64,000 bases of DNA, taken from contig QPGO01000036.1 in assembly GCA_008632985.1 (NCBI GenBank), positions 520,182 through 584,181 on the forward strand. The letters run 5' to 3'. The notes under the pieces were generated by a model. It saw only the letters and a program-made list of their open reading frames with translations. It was not told the origin of the DNA and did not search any database. The translations under genes were made by a program, and so were the position numbers. Below, piece by piece: positions 49,438-62,239 of the stretch. This DNA comes from Psammoneis japonica (taxonomy: Eukaryota). Each line of letters begins with the position of its first letter. The first letter of the stretch is position 1.

Positions 49438-52153
49438 ATGGATGAAGAGCAAGAAGATGAGTTTCCAGATTACTCAGCGGTGCGTATTTGTTCTTGTATA
49501 TACGAATAGTTTCATAGAGCTGATATGAGATCCTTACAACATGACCGTCTCCCGCATTTGTTTGCCAGCCAAAGATCGTGAGGGGAATTCACAACTTCTT
49601 GTCCAAACCGAGGAACTTCAACACGAATGAATTTTCCGACCTGGTTTCACCAGATTCAAAAGATCAAAAAGAATATTACTACGGACTGATTTTCGTTTCT
49701 GTGCTCGTTCTGTCAGTTTTCATGGTATGGGGAAGCATTTTGGTTATTCTTAAATTCATGGGGCACTCTGTTGGGTGCGCGTCAGGGAACTCGGTTGGTA
49801 GCATCAAGAACGACGTTGGCTATTCCGAGGAAACTGGTAGCGTGCAATCAGATTTGTCTGGCAGCGACGAATTTTTTGATGACATTGTTGAAGAGAATGC
49901 TGTGATTATAGCAAAAAGACAACGGCGAGAACGACGCATTAGGATTGCTTTTGGTTTAGCTGCAATTGTAACTGTTACATGTTCCATCATGGCGTTGGTG
50001 TGGGCATACACACCACTAAAGAATTCATTGGAGCAATCAGACGAAACCATTACTGTGAGTGAGCGTTACCCTATTTGCTTTGTGGACTTTTCGTGATTAT
50101 AGAGGATGCTTACAGTTTTTATGGCAAATGAAAACAGGTTTCACAAGACATTATAGATGACGTAGTTCTGGCCCTCGGACGTGTGACACTTGAAATCGAC
50201 AACTTGAATAATACCTTCATGGCGGATTCAATGAACGCAACCTCCTTTTGTCCAAATGTAGATACAAGTACGGTTGAGGGTCTTGACATTGAATCTTTTG
50301 GAGGCTTGATTGAGGAGCAGTATCTCGGAATTGAGTCGGCTCTGAAGAATATCACCCAAGCCAATCATACTGTCGACAAGATTCAAGACATTCTAAATGC
50401 CATACAGCGCTATATGGATCGTGCTGATGACTCGCTCTGGGTTGTTCCTGGACTTCTTGCTGCGGTGTGTGTTACCACTGCCATTGCCTTTTTTGGATTG
50501 GTACTTGCTTGGAAAGGAAAGTCCGGAGTTCGAACTCAACGTGGTATGGCGTATGTCATCCTTCCTCTCCTCATCGTGTTTACCGTTGCATGTTGGGTTC
50601 TTACAATTGGAGCAGGAGTTGGGGCTATGACTATTGGAGGTATGTGTCAAGTAAAAAGAAATGTGTCTTCCTGATGCACTTTTTTACACTAACACTGCTC
50701 GGTATTGACACAGACGCATGCGTCGGGAACGGCAACCCAGACCAAGCTGTTCTAATGATCATGCAAGAATATAATGTCAGTTCCAACGATACTCTTCATG
50801 ATTTTGTATCAAACTACACAAACGTGAGTATCTTTCCCGAATACGAACGCAGAGCCCGGTCTTATTCTCACAATTTGGTCTGCGCAATATTTTACGGAAC
50901 AGGGCTGCATTGGAGAAAGCCCTACGGCTATGATAACAGATATTGGGCAGGAGATGAAAGACACAACCAATCTGATTTGGCGTCATATTTCAGTGGTAGA
51001 CTCAGTGGGTAAAGACGTGGTCTCCCAGTCTTGTGGTAGAGATATCGAAGACCTGCTAACCATCGCAAAATCTATTGCATATAGTCTGTTGCTGATCCGA
51101 AAAGGTCTTTCTAGCTTGGCTTCAGCATTGGAATGCGATCGAATCAATGCCATATACGTGCGTGCGGTTCATGAATCGGCGTGCACGGATGCAGCCAGTG
51201 GTGCTTCCTGGGGTTTTGTGCTGTTTTTCCTATTATCAATGTCCACTATGGTAAGCATTACCCTCCGGGCAGCCTTCTATCAAAAAGGGAAAGAAGAGAA
51301 TATGTACGAAGAAGAAGAGGTTGCAGAAAACATGGTGCTAGACGAGCATGAAGAATATCTCAACTACATCTCAAAGTACAAACACGAGTGGCAGGAGTAC
51401 AATGGCATTAATGCTACATCTATTGATGTACAGAATGAAAGTGACGACGGTTCAGAAGAAAGCTTTGACGATGAGGATGATCTTTTAAACATGGACTCTA
51501 ACGATTATTCCGATGCAGAATATGACTCTGACAGCCGAGCTCAGACTCCTTTCTCATATAGCTCCGACGACATCTCGTTTCCATCATTACAAGGCGGGAG
51601 CGATGGCTCGCAACAAGGTGAGGCGAGTGGTCCCTGGATCCCTCCGCTATTACCACCAATGAGCATCGCCGCGCATCCGAACCAAGACGATGAAACCGTT
51701 GATTCCACTCAGATAAATCTGCCAGTTGTTGTTCAGGATAAAAATGCATCAGGATTGCGAAAAAATGAAGCAGATAAAACGAACATTTCCATCGCAAAAG
51801 ATCATGATAATGTTGAGGTATCATTGCAAGCATCAATAGCGACTAATGAAGAGCGGGAAGAGCCACCACTGCCTAGAGCTTACAGTCAACGTGAATGGAG
51901 ATCTCCACCATCAGATGACGGACGACCAAGCAACAACACCCATTTTGACGAGGTGGAAAATATGGCGACATCTATTGCGTCAAAACCAAGAGGAAGAGCC
52001 ATTTCGTTTGCTATGGACGACGCAGCACAATCACCAGATACAAACGTTAATCAGAAAGTTGATTTGTTCTCAAAGCTCAACGCGCCCGCGAAACCACCAA
52101 CTCCCGGGCGAAATCCTCGAATAAAGCCAAATGAGTCGGCGTTTTTTGGCTGA
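49438..52153 (+). CDS. Multi-pass membrane protein with tweety-like topology and an acidic disordered tail (exons 49438-49479, 49569-50054, 50138-50639, 50714-50823, 50903-52153)
   Basis: Four GT-AG introns splice in frame. About 5 hydrophobic helices, a DAC motif after TM4 and a Cys-containing loop before TM5. The family assignment is inferred. Confidence 0.75.
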
Positions 52154-52489
52154 TTGAAAACTTAAGATGACTTCGTTTGCGGTGTGCGAAACGGTTCGGC
52201 GTTTCGCATCCATGTTCTTTCTCCGGTGAGATTCCTTAATTTAGTTCATAACCTTTTTAAAAATTCTTTAGATCACAATGTATCTCTAGTTTGGACAGGA
52301 CGTGACAAGTTTCGTGTTGGGACGAACAATTTAAGATCTTAACATCATGATCTTTGGTCTCGTAATAGCTGATTTACCGGGAATGTTCCGTGCTATCCAT
52401 CATGGCACGTTTGAGTCAAGATGAGGAGCCCGCTTATGATCTACTTCTACCGTTATCCTTCTAGTCTATTTCAGAGCGAGGTGTATAAT

Positions 52490-52870
52490 TAGACGAATCT
52501 CTCTACTCTATAGTACTTGCTCTAGAGGTATGACTACAGTACGCGCAGCTGTTGAGAAGCCATGAAGAGCTACAGCAGTAAGGACTGTCTAGCTAGCACC
52601 GGCAGCAGAGGCAGCAGGGATGGCGGGAAGTTTAGAGGAAGGCACTTGTCTTGTAGAGTAATATCTAATACGATGCATGCTCTACTCCAGTGGGGTCCTC
52701 TCCACTCTAGAGAGAGAGAGAGAGCTAGCTCTAGAGCTGGAGTGCAGGTTCCATAGTGGAGCGGGCTCTACTTACTCGCAGTGGTCTTTCTCTCTCTAGA
52801 GAGAAGCTCTCTAGCTAGAGCAGAGCTACTCTAGCTAGACTAGCCTCCACTAGCTAGAGTAGAGAGCATT
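52490..52870. repeat. CTAG/TAG/GA-rich low-complexity tract
   Basis: e.g. CTCTAGAGAGAGAGAGAGAGCTAGCTCTAGAGC and CTCTAGCTAGACTAGC. Confidence 0.75.
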
Positions 52871-52939
52871 CATAGAGCATGGGGCCATGCTATTTGCGCT
52901 GTCAAAACAGGGAATGAGGAATTTGGGTTCTGCAGTCGA

Positions 52940-54365
52940 AAACGTTGCGAGGTTGACGAATGAATGAATCGATGAGCTCCGCAGCAGAAAGGTAGAATCG
53001 CGTGTTGCAAAATGCCAAACGATGGCATGATTGTTGAGATGCGTGTGAATTTTTTGCAAGAACAGAGACACAACTGCTGTGATTGGTGCCGGCACCACTG
53101 TGTCGGTTGAGAAGTTGGCCCAGTCATTGGAACAATGTGATGAGACTGTTTGTTCTCATGTTGTCAAGCATGCAAAACCAGATTTGTTTCTGAAGGAAAC
53201 CATCAAAAATCTCTACCACGAATCACTCAAGCAAAAGCGAGCTCAGCATTGTCTGAAGCTGTGCAAAAAGCAACAGCTGATGATGAGCTTTTCTTGGTGC
53301 AAAATGACGAGGTGCCACTTTCTGCATGGAAGAGTTCACGCAGATTGTGGCAACACCCATCCTGCCACCCAGGCAGTGGCAAAATGACAAGCTGCACACA
53401 CACATGAAACAAGCCCATGACATGAGGACCGGTGTTCCAGACAATGTTTTGGCCAGATGCCGCGATGTTGCAATGGTCGCAACACGCAACTTGGATGACA
53501 CCAAGGTGTTGCTGAAGGATGCATGGAACAAAAAGATGTGGTGCCCATCCAATGACAGCAAGGGCACTGAGAATCCTGCTGTCCCACTCAGAAGTCATGC
53601 CTTGTTGCGCTGACACCTGGAAGCAAAGTGAAGTTTTCCAATTTGATTTCCAAGCTGAAACTCAAGGGTGTGCCAAGCTCTCCATGCCGGAAGAGCATGG
53701 CAGCAATTCTGTTTTGTGCCGTGTTCTCCAAGACGGCCTGGATGACTCTGCCTGGCATCATCAATGACACCAGCGCTGATGCTGCCGTGCAAGAGGCAAG
53801 GTTGCTGGCTGGTTGGTGGTGTGGGCTGGTCTTGGCATTGATGAGTTGTCATGTCTTTCCACACCATTGCTCATGTTTGTCGCTTGCACACTGCAAAGGC
53901 AAAACAATGAAGTCTTTTTCATTTTGTGGCCGTCGTGCTCTTGCTTCAGCCCGCTCGCTTCTTTTTTTTTGGCTCCCTCCTTGATCCAAGAACACTTGGT
54001 CTTCATTTTCAAGGCACTGAGCTTGTTCTTGCATGCCTTTGGAGCCTCTGTGTGAGCTTGTTTCTCATGAAGACACTGCAGGCTTGTTTGACGAAAGATT
54101 CCTTGGAGGGGGTGGCAACATGGCTTTCCAAGACAGCAGCAGCTGTGGAGTTTTTGGTGTTCAGCAATTTCTTCCCCTGCCTTTGCAAGTTCACTTTTCA
54201 CTTCATCTTGGTCCTCTGGACTCACTCTCACTCCTTCAGTGGCCTGAGATGAGGCGAGCATTGAGCAATGACAGCGACAGCTTTCTGTTGCATCATGCAG
54301 TGTGAGATTAGCGCGAGGCACTCTCCATCGTTTTGCTCTGATTTTTTGGCACAGGCCTGGCACAA
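52940..54365. repeat. Decayed TpA-depleted block
   Basis: About 3 TA in 1.4 kb and Cys/His-rich spurious ORFs. Confidence 0.55.
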
Positions 54366-54689
54366 GCCGTAACAGACTATGCGATGTTAAAACAAAAAAC
54401 GGCACAAGCTGTATCATCACGTGCTTCATACAATACAGTGCGACCGATGGGGAGTGCTACATCGCGGGAAGGTTCGCGGAAGAACCGGTTCTGAGCCACA
54501 TTCAAACCCGCCAATCCGAAAATGGCGCGCGAGGTCCAGATGCGAGGTCCAGAGTCCGCAGATGCATGACGAGTCGTCGTTTCGCACAAGAAGGACATCC
54601 ATGGAGAAGCAGAGCGGCACGGCAAAGCAACACCAATGCTTCATGTCAACTGAACCTCGCTGTAAACGTGAAGACGATTGTACCATATC

Positions 54690-57600
54690 ATGGCTCAGCA
54701 AAGCATAGAAGCAGTGGATCCTTCAGTTGCAGCTCTAGCGGCTGTTACAGCGTCGGAACCTACCTCGTCGACTCAAGGGCTCCATCCAACGTCGATTCGT
54801 GCTGAGACGTTGCGAGAACTGAAGCGAGGAGACCTCGTTCGGGTTGTAGATGGGTACGTGAAGCAATACGTTGTGATACTGGGATATGAAAGCCTTATTC
54901 TCACTTTCCCCACTTCAATTTAAAAAAAAAACTACTTGCTCTCTCAGAAAACAATCAGGCGGTCGAGGCCTCGGTCGAATCATTTCTGTATCGACTCCTC
55001 AACCAGACTCTCCCGTACGATTCAATGTGGAGTTTGTGCTTGGCGGACGTCTCTCGAGTGTTGAACGGAATCAATTGATCTACACGACAGCTGATGCAGA
55101 AGGCCTGACGCAAGAATCGAGGGGACAGCGCCGTACCGCAAAGAAACCGGCAGAGGAGTCTCTCGAACCAAAGTCAGCAGCAGTGCCACCCAAGAAGAAA
55201 GCGAAGAAACGTAAGAAGGCCGCTACAACAAAGCCTAAAAAAGTAAAGGCGACAACGAAGACAAAAAAGAAGCAAACTACCAAAAAGACAACGGCTTCTG
55301 CGAAACGGGGCAAGTCGAAAAAGAACGCCCCTCCACAACCGCCACCAACGACTGAGGCAAGCACTACCATACCAACCAAGTCAATTTATCAACGGCACTT
55401 GAGAGAGTTCGAGAAAATTCTAACCAGATTGGAAAAGATTGATCGTTTTGGATTCTTTTTGAGTTTGTCGTCAGCCGACGATCTTGGTGTTAGTATGGAA
55501 GAAAGCCCTGGTGTAGACACGACGCCGATGGTGAATTGGAAGACGATACGAGAACGAATGCAAAAGGATCGATACGTCTTAGACCTTCAGGAACAAGAGC
55601 AACAAGAATCGTCCAAGGCATCGTCAGTGACTTTGCAGCATCCAAAAGCAGTTCATTGGGACCTTTTTCGAAACGATGTGATTGACATGTGTAACGCTGC
55701 CATTCGACGAGATCCCATGGGCGATACCGGTGGGTCAGGGACACTGGGATATGCTGCGAGAAAAATCAAAGATGTGAGTGTCAAGAGAATGCATAATGTT
55801 TATTGTTCAAATATGTCGTTTAGACGTACAACGAGCTGACTCTCCCCTTGCGATCTTTTTCCATTTCTAGGCCACGGAACAAGCGTACGAACGCACTGGA
55901 CGTCGACACCTGAATGAAATTAATCTTGCCAATGCACGTCAGAAGTACTCGGCGGCATTGCATGCTTCAGAGAACAACGAGGCTGCCTTTCAGGGAGAAT
56001 GGAGACGAGATCCGTTTGCCGAACGAAAATACGAACGTCTCTACGACCAAAACGTGATTTGCGCCGGACTCTCCGAGTTGGATCAACGCAGTGCCATTTA
56101 TGAGCTACAAACTTCTATTCCCGACAGCTTTGTAGGACTGTCTTACAAATTTGATGACGTAGGACAGAGCGAAGGATGGATGAAATCTGTGGTCGACAAC
56201 ACCGCTAGAAAGCGGAAGAGAAAAGACGAAATAGAGGAGCGAGAGCGTGCTGCCGCCGCCTTAGCGGCAGACAATGGCGTTGTCCGAGCACAGGTTCAAG
56301 CCAGCATGCAAACTATGCTGATTGCGGTACACGACAGAGTCATGACGGATAAAGGCGTTTTGAACGATGCAGAGCTACGAAGCGCCAACTGGGAAAAAGC
56401 TAGAGATGCGGAGACGAAAAGCGGAGAGGGTATTCCTAACTCGTCTATTGTATCATCCGAGCTGGACAATGTGGACGAGAATCCTTCGGGATGCGAGCTA
56501 GTGGAACAGCCAGTCTGGGGGTTGGACTGCTATACACGACGCAACATCACAATGTGTCTCGAGTCAGAGTTCTCTCCTGAGGTCGCCTACGAATTCGTTG
56601 AAAAGTGGTTACTGCCGGCAATAAATGCCTGCCCGGTTGAGATTGCTCACAATATTTCTTATGCTACTCGAATTCTAGAGGGCCTGCCTCTTGAGGAGGG
56701 TTCAATAAACGACGTCGACGACAATAGCACTGCTAGCTACCGGGGCGAATTCAAGGGTCAGTGGAGCAACTCATTGTTGGGGAAGGCGCTTTTGGACAAG
56801 ATTGAAACGTCCGGACCGAAATGGTTAAAGTCGGCGGCACGAGAGCTTCGGCTCGCATACGAGGCCATGGGGGCTGACTTTTTTCGTGCCCACCCAAAAG
56901 GACACGGTTCGCTTGTTCTTCGACACGACGGAATCCCGGCAAACACCCTTGTCACTTTCTACCGAGGGGAAGTCTACCCGCCGTGGCGATGGTCAGAAAA
57001 GATGGATGCTATTGAAATGACCCAGACAGCACTTGGACGGACACCAGTCCTTCCTGATTTCTACAATATGGTACTAGAGCGACCTCAGGTTGACCCTCGT
57101 GGTTACGGTATGCTTTTCGTGGACGCATCTCGAAAGGCTGGCCATGGGTCGTCATTATCGCATAGCTGTGAACCCACCTGCGAGGTCAGAGTGTCAGCCG
57201 TAAATGGGCAGCTTTGCTTGGCAATGACGACGCTCCGAGAGGTAGAGCAAGGCGAGGAGTTGACGTTCGACTATAACGCTGTGACGGAGTCGTTGAATGA
57301 ATACAGGGCCGCTGTCTGTCTTTGTGGCTACCGGAAATGTCGGGGTTCATTTCTTCATTTCGCTACTGCCGATTGCTACCAACAGGTCCTCAGCCGGAAT
57401 TGCCCTATCGCAGTGCGTTTCGCCAATCTTATCAAAGGGTGTATGAAAATGGTCATGTCGGGAGAAGATGAGAAAGTCTTGAGTAGGCACGGCTTTGGAA
57501 CCGCTGCCTTTGGAGCGGTTGGCTTCAATCGCCACACACAAGGGAAAGATCCTCTTGATTCGATGGAGTATGTCCCAGTTTGGCTTCGTACATATGTTGC

Positions 57601-60600
57601 TGACACGCTGAGGTACATTGAATATGAACGAAGGGCTCTTCCGATCGCTCTTTTGTGTGACCACCTTTCTACCACTGGCGCAGAGCAATCCCCAAGGCAA
57701 GCGAAGAAAAGGATGAAAACGTCTCTTGAACCGAAACTGGACTGCGAGGCAACAAGTATCTCATCGGTAGCCGGTAACGAATCGTCCAAGCGCATCCAAG
57801 GGTCAAAACCGATGCCAGTGTTCTTGTTCTTTGCCGGGAAACAGCAGGGTTATTTTCTTAAATTGTTGCGAGAGCAAGGAGGTGCCGATTTGAAAGGAGC
57901 AGCATTGAAACGAGCACTTCAAAAAGTTGCAGCAAGTAGCTGGAAGGCGCTGGGGGAAGATAGAAAACAGTATTGGAAGGATCGGGCTGTGGAAGAATGG
58001 GAGCGTAGTGGCGGGAAAGAAAAAGCAAAGCTCGAGGAAGAACGGAGCAAATGTCATCAGTCAGCGGACACGAGCGAGAGCACAAATTCTAATGCGGATT
58101 CTACTATAGAGAGCGTGCCGGAGCAATCGAATCCCAGCCGAAAAGGCTCAGAAGCTAGTAAAGATTCTGGTAAAGTGAAGAAGAAAGGCTCAAGATCAAA
58201 AAGGAAAGACTTTGTTTGTCCCAGCAAGATCTCATTTGAAGCCGCTGATGCCGAAGGTGTGGCAGCTATGGAACAGCGAGTTCAGCAGCTGACACAGACA
58301 TTGAGTCGTGTCGGCCGAGTATTGGACAGGCATCGCGAAAGTACATTCGGCAACTCTGAATCGTCATGTCCTAATGTGGTCTCACCAGCGTTGTTGAGGG
58401 GTAGGATACATTCTCCGATCTCGATAATGTCCGATCTGGAGGTTGTAGGATGGATATGGAATCACCATGACGGAGTGGTACAATCGCTTTCCCGGATCAT
58501 CGACACAGAAAAATGCGTCAGTCCTTCTCTCCGCAAGTCACTTCACGACACTGCGGACAAGTACAAAACGCTCAGAGCGATTGAGAACCCAGCGGAAAAG
58601 CCTACTGCGATTGCTCCCTGTACGATGTCTGGAGCAGAGGCGAGGAAAGCGCTGAAAGCAGCTCTTCTGGAGTTTCGGGAAGTACTGCTGAAGGGTCTAG
58701 CGGACATGGAGGCGGATCGGAAGAGGCACGCCAGGGCCATGGCGCGAAAGAGGGCTCACGCAAGACGGGAGCGGCTTAAAAAATTGAAGCAAGAAGCTTC
58801 TGAGGCAGGTCCGGATGTTGGCACAAACATGCAGAATCGGCCGGAGGGGCCCCTGCCCATTGCAGGCAGCAATGTCGATGCTTTGGCCAGCTCTGTTTCA
58901 ATAAATAATGTAGTCGATTCTGTCGTGGCGAATAAAGAGGAAACGACGACCGGGACAGCGATCCAGGCAGACCATAGTGCTCGAGGTGATGTCGAATCAC
59001 AACAGGCTTCTTCGATCGTGTCTCAAGTGCTACATGGCATTGTAGAGACTATCGTTTCCACCCATTCCAGCGAACAACGTTCAAAAATTGTGGACAATAG
59101 ATCAAAGCCCGAGCCCGAAGTCCCAAAGCTCGGCAAGTGGATGAAGCATTACAGTGAAAGGGGGGTTCTTTTTGCCGCGGCTGACCTCCTTCTGATTTAT
59201 GCCCATACAAGCACTTTCTTTGTTGTGAAGCCGTACCTGGCGTTTGAGTCTACTCCAATTGAAGTCTACGCCAGAGAATTGGGAAGCGCTATCCCAAAAT
59301 CTGTGATGGACGCCGCGAAAGTGGTGAGTGATTGTGCACCTGACGGAGATGGAGTAAGTGGAGGCGATGGAAACGAAGAAACGCCACTTTGCCACGAGAA
59401 TGGTCCCGGCGATCCTGCACCACGAGGTTCAAATACGCATTCATCGAGCGTCGATGACCGCCAACGCTTCACGGATTCCCCAAATGGAACGGACACAGAT
59501 ACAGATTCACCCGAAATACAAAATGCAGACATAAGTTCCAGGAGTGCTGATCTACCAGACGAGATGGACAACGGAAACGGAGACTCGTCGAAGACGTGCA
59601 ACTCCCTGATCGACAAGAGCGAATTTGTCGCCGGAGGTATGTCTTGCTCGTAGTGCGGATTTTGTTGCTTCAGTTTTCATCGTCTCACCTCTTCCTTTTC
59701 TAGCCCGATTCGATGTCCTTCGGAAAGGAAAAGACAAGCCCTGTCCCGGTGTAGTCACCGAGACTGAATTCACACCACAGGTTGAAAGAATAAAGTTTCA
59801 CTTCCCGCGAATGAAGACGAAGTTTGATGAGTGGGTTGAGCTGGGCTCCAATCGGATATCTCGCATTGCGAAAAATCCTTTGAAAAGGAAGGAAATCAAC
59901 GCGAAACGGGGACCCGTAGCCGAGACGACGAAGGCAGAAAATTCCAGTTATTGCGAACCTGATGATATTATCACAAACGTTGTTGTAAAATATCATGGCG
60001 ACTATGTGCTATCCCAGCTCTTGCAGTGGTACAACGGGGGAATAGGTCAAAAGCCTGGTATGCCCGACCTTATGGGGTGTGCGTTGCTACCCCCTTTGTC
60101 GTCCTGCGTTTCGCACTTCGAACGGAAGGACGAAAAGTCAGAAACTGTCCCCAAGAAAAAATCAAGTGAACAAACCTACTACGAAACTGAAGTTCGCAGA
60201 CTATTGAAAGAATGGTTCGAAGATGCCAGCAAGCGCGGCAATCCTTGGCCCGACGAGCTCAGAAGAGCCTTCTGTACGCCGCATTGCCAGCATAGTCCAA
60301 CAACTGCTTGCAATGATTTCATGCCCTTCGGATCTCCGGTTTTCGACTTACTGGTGACCGGGGATGACGCAAATCTTAACCAGATTGTGCTAGCGTTGAC
60401 GGAGCAGTTGACCACAGGCGAAAGTGACGAGGTACCTGGTGTAGGTGGCAAACGAAGGGCCAAGTCTGCCACAGAAAAGCTGCAGTCGTCAGTTGATTAT
60501 GGTAGGCCAGCTCAGGCTGTTGCAAATTGGGTTCAGTGTGAAAATCCCCATTGCTTGAAATGGAGAAAACTTCCTTGGTTCGTCGACGTTGATGTGCTCC

Positions 60601-61995
60601 CTGAAGCGTTTTTCTGCAAAGACAATATTTGGAATCCAGACGCATGTAGTTGCGAGGCACCAGAGGATGCATGGGACGAAAACGAGGACCCTCAACTCGG
60701 AAGCAGCCCACAAAAATCCGGAACAGGGCAGAAAAGGAAGCGGATCCAATCTTGCCCACCAAACAAGAAAGCCAAGTCAGGGGAAAAGAGGGACGGCGCG
60801 CCACTATGTCCCCCGGGAAACAACAAGATTGACAAGAGAAGTTTCGTACGTGGTGGTAAGTACGAAAATTTTCTTTCCGATATGCATTTTCGCTTCTTAC
60901 ACTGAGAGGTTGTGCTCATTATGATTCATAGCACGTTTCACAGTATCACGATATGGTTATAGGGACAAGGTTGTGCGCAGCGAAGCTGTTGTGATCGAAA
61001 CAGCAAGCGAGGGTGGTGTTCTGAAGGTCAAGTTCCATTTTTTGAGAAGGCAGGCGAAGTTTGACGAATGGTTGAGAGCAGATTCCAATCGCATATCGCC
61101 GCTTGAAAACATAAAAGACGATGGATTGGTTCGTGAAAGTCGAGCCAGCACTGAAATATCGAAAGACTCCGGCGAAAATGAAAAAGCGAACCAGCCTCCG
61201 GCGACGAAATTAGCGGCTGTTGAAAGGCGAAGCTTTGTCGAAAAGAGCTCGAATAGCGATCGACCAATGTCAATTTCCAGTGAAGATCCCGTGGCATCAG
61301 TGCCTCATGGTAGCTTCAGCGCAAATGCTGCGGAGCACTCAAATTCCTTTGTCCCCCCTCCTCTAGCGGCTCCAGTGCTTCCACAGAAAAACATTCAAGG
61401 AGTTGTGTCACCCACTACCACAAGTGGTACAGCACTCCCAAGGGAATGCATGCAGCCGTCGCTAACGCCTCCAGTTATTCCACAGATTAGCAATCAAGCA
61501 GGGATGGCTCGATCTAACAAAAGTGCTTCAGATCAAGCAAATGCCTGCATTCCGCCGTCTTTTGCCCCTCCGACATTTCCACAGAATAATCATCAAGGAG
61601 TACTGGATACACACACTCGTCAAAATGCGGCAGCAACAGGAACGGGAAACAGAGAGGTCTTGCCGTCGGGGAATCCCCATGCTTACCCGCCGCCGGGTCC
61701 TCAAGGATTTGGAGGATTGACTCCTTGGCAACCAGAGGTAGCTTCGGGGAACTTCAACCGGGAGATTCTGTTCAAGCTGAATCCACAAGCACTAACGTCG
61801 ACTGTGGGCATGCCGATGCCGACAAATTCACTCCAACCAGTGCCCTCATTTCGCCATGAGATGAGTTGTGACGGTTCTATAGCAGGCAATGGAAATGCTG
61901 CATCAATGATCCCTTATCAGTACGGCAACTCGGTGGGAACAATCCCGCACGCGAATATTTCTAGTCTTTCAGCTGAAAAGCGTCGTTTTCACTGA
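54690..61995 (+). CDS. Large SET-domain histone methyltransferase of ATXR3/SDG2 type with bromo-like, HMG-like, zf-CW and chromo-barrel/Tudor-like modules (exons 54690-54853, 54948-55773, 55871-59636, 59704-60855, 60932-61995; ~2323 aa)
   Basis: GEVYPPWRWSEK, PDFYNMVLERP, SHSCEPTC, ELTFDY and post-SET CLCG...CRG. zf-CW NWVQCENPHCLKWRKLP..C...WN....C. Two KFHF.....KFDEW modules. All introns are GT-AG and in frame. Confidence 0.9.
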
Positions 61996-62099
61996 TGCGG
62001 TACCATCATCTGGAAACCTCAATAAAAAATAATAACTTTCAGAAGAGCACCAGCATCATACTATACCGCCATCGTGTTGCACTCGCTCGCTCCGCTCCG

Positions 62100-62235
62100 G
62101 TTACAGTAGAGCGAGAGCATACCATACGGTAGATAGCTGGGCCTACTCTCTCTACTCTAGTAGCTACTGCTACTCTCTAGAGTAGAGCTTGTACTGTAGA
62201 GAGTAGGACCGTAGCTGCTAGAGTAGCAGCAGCTC
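62100..62235. repeat. CTAG/TAG-rich low-complexity tract
   Basis: CTACTCTCTCTACTCTAGTAGCTACTGCTACTCTCTAGAGTAGAGC. Confidence 0.7.
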
Positions 62236-62239
62236 TGCG

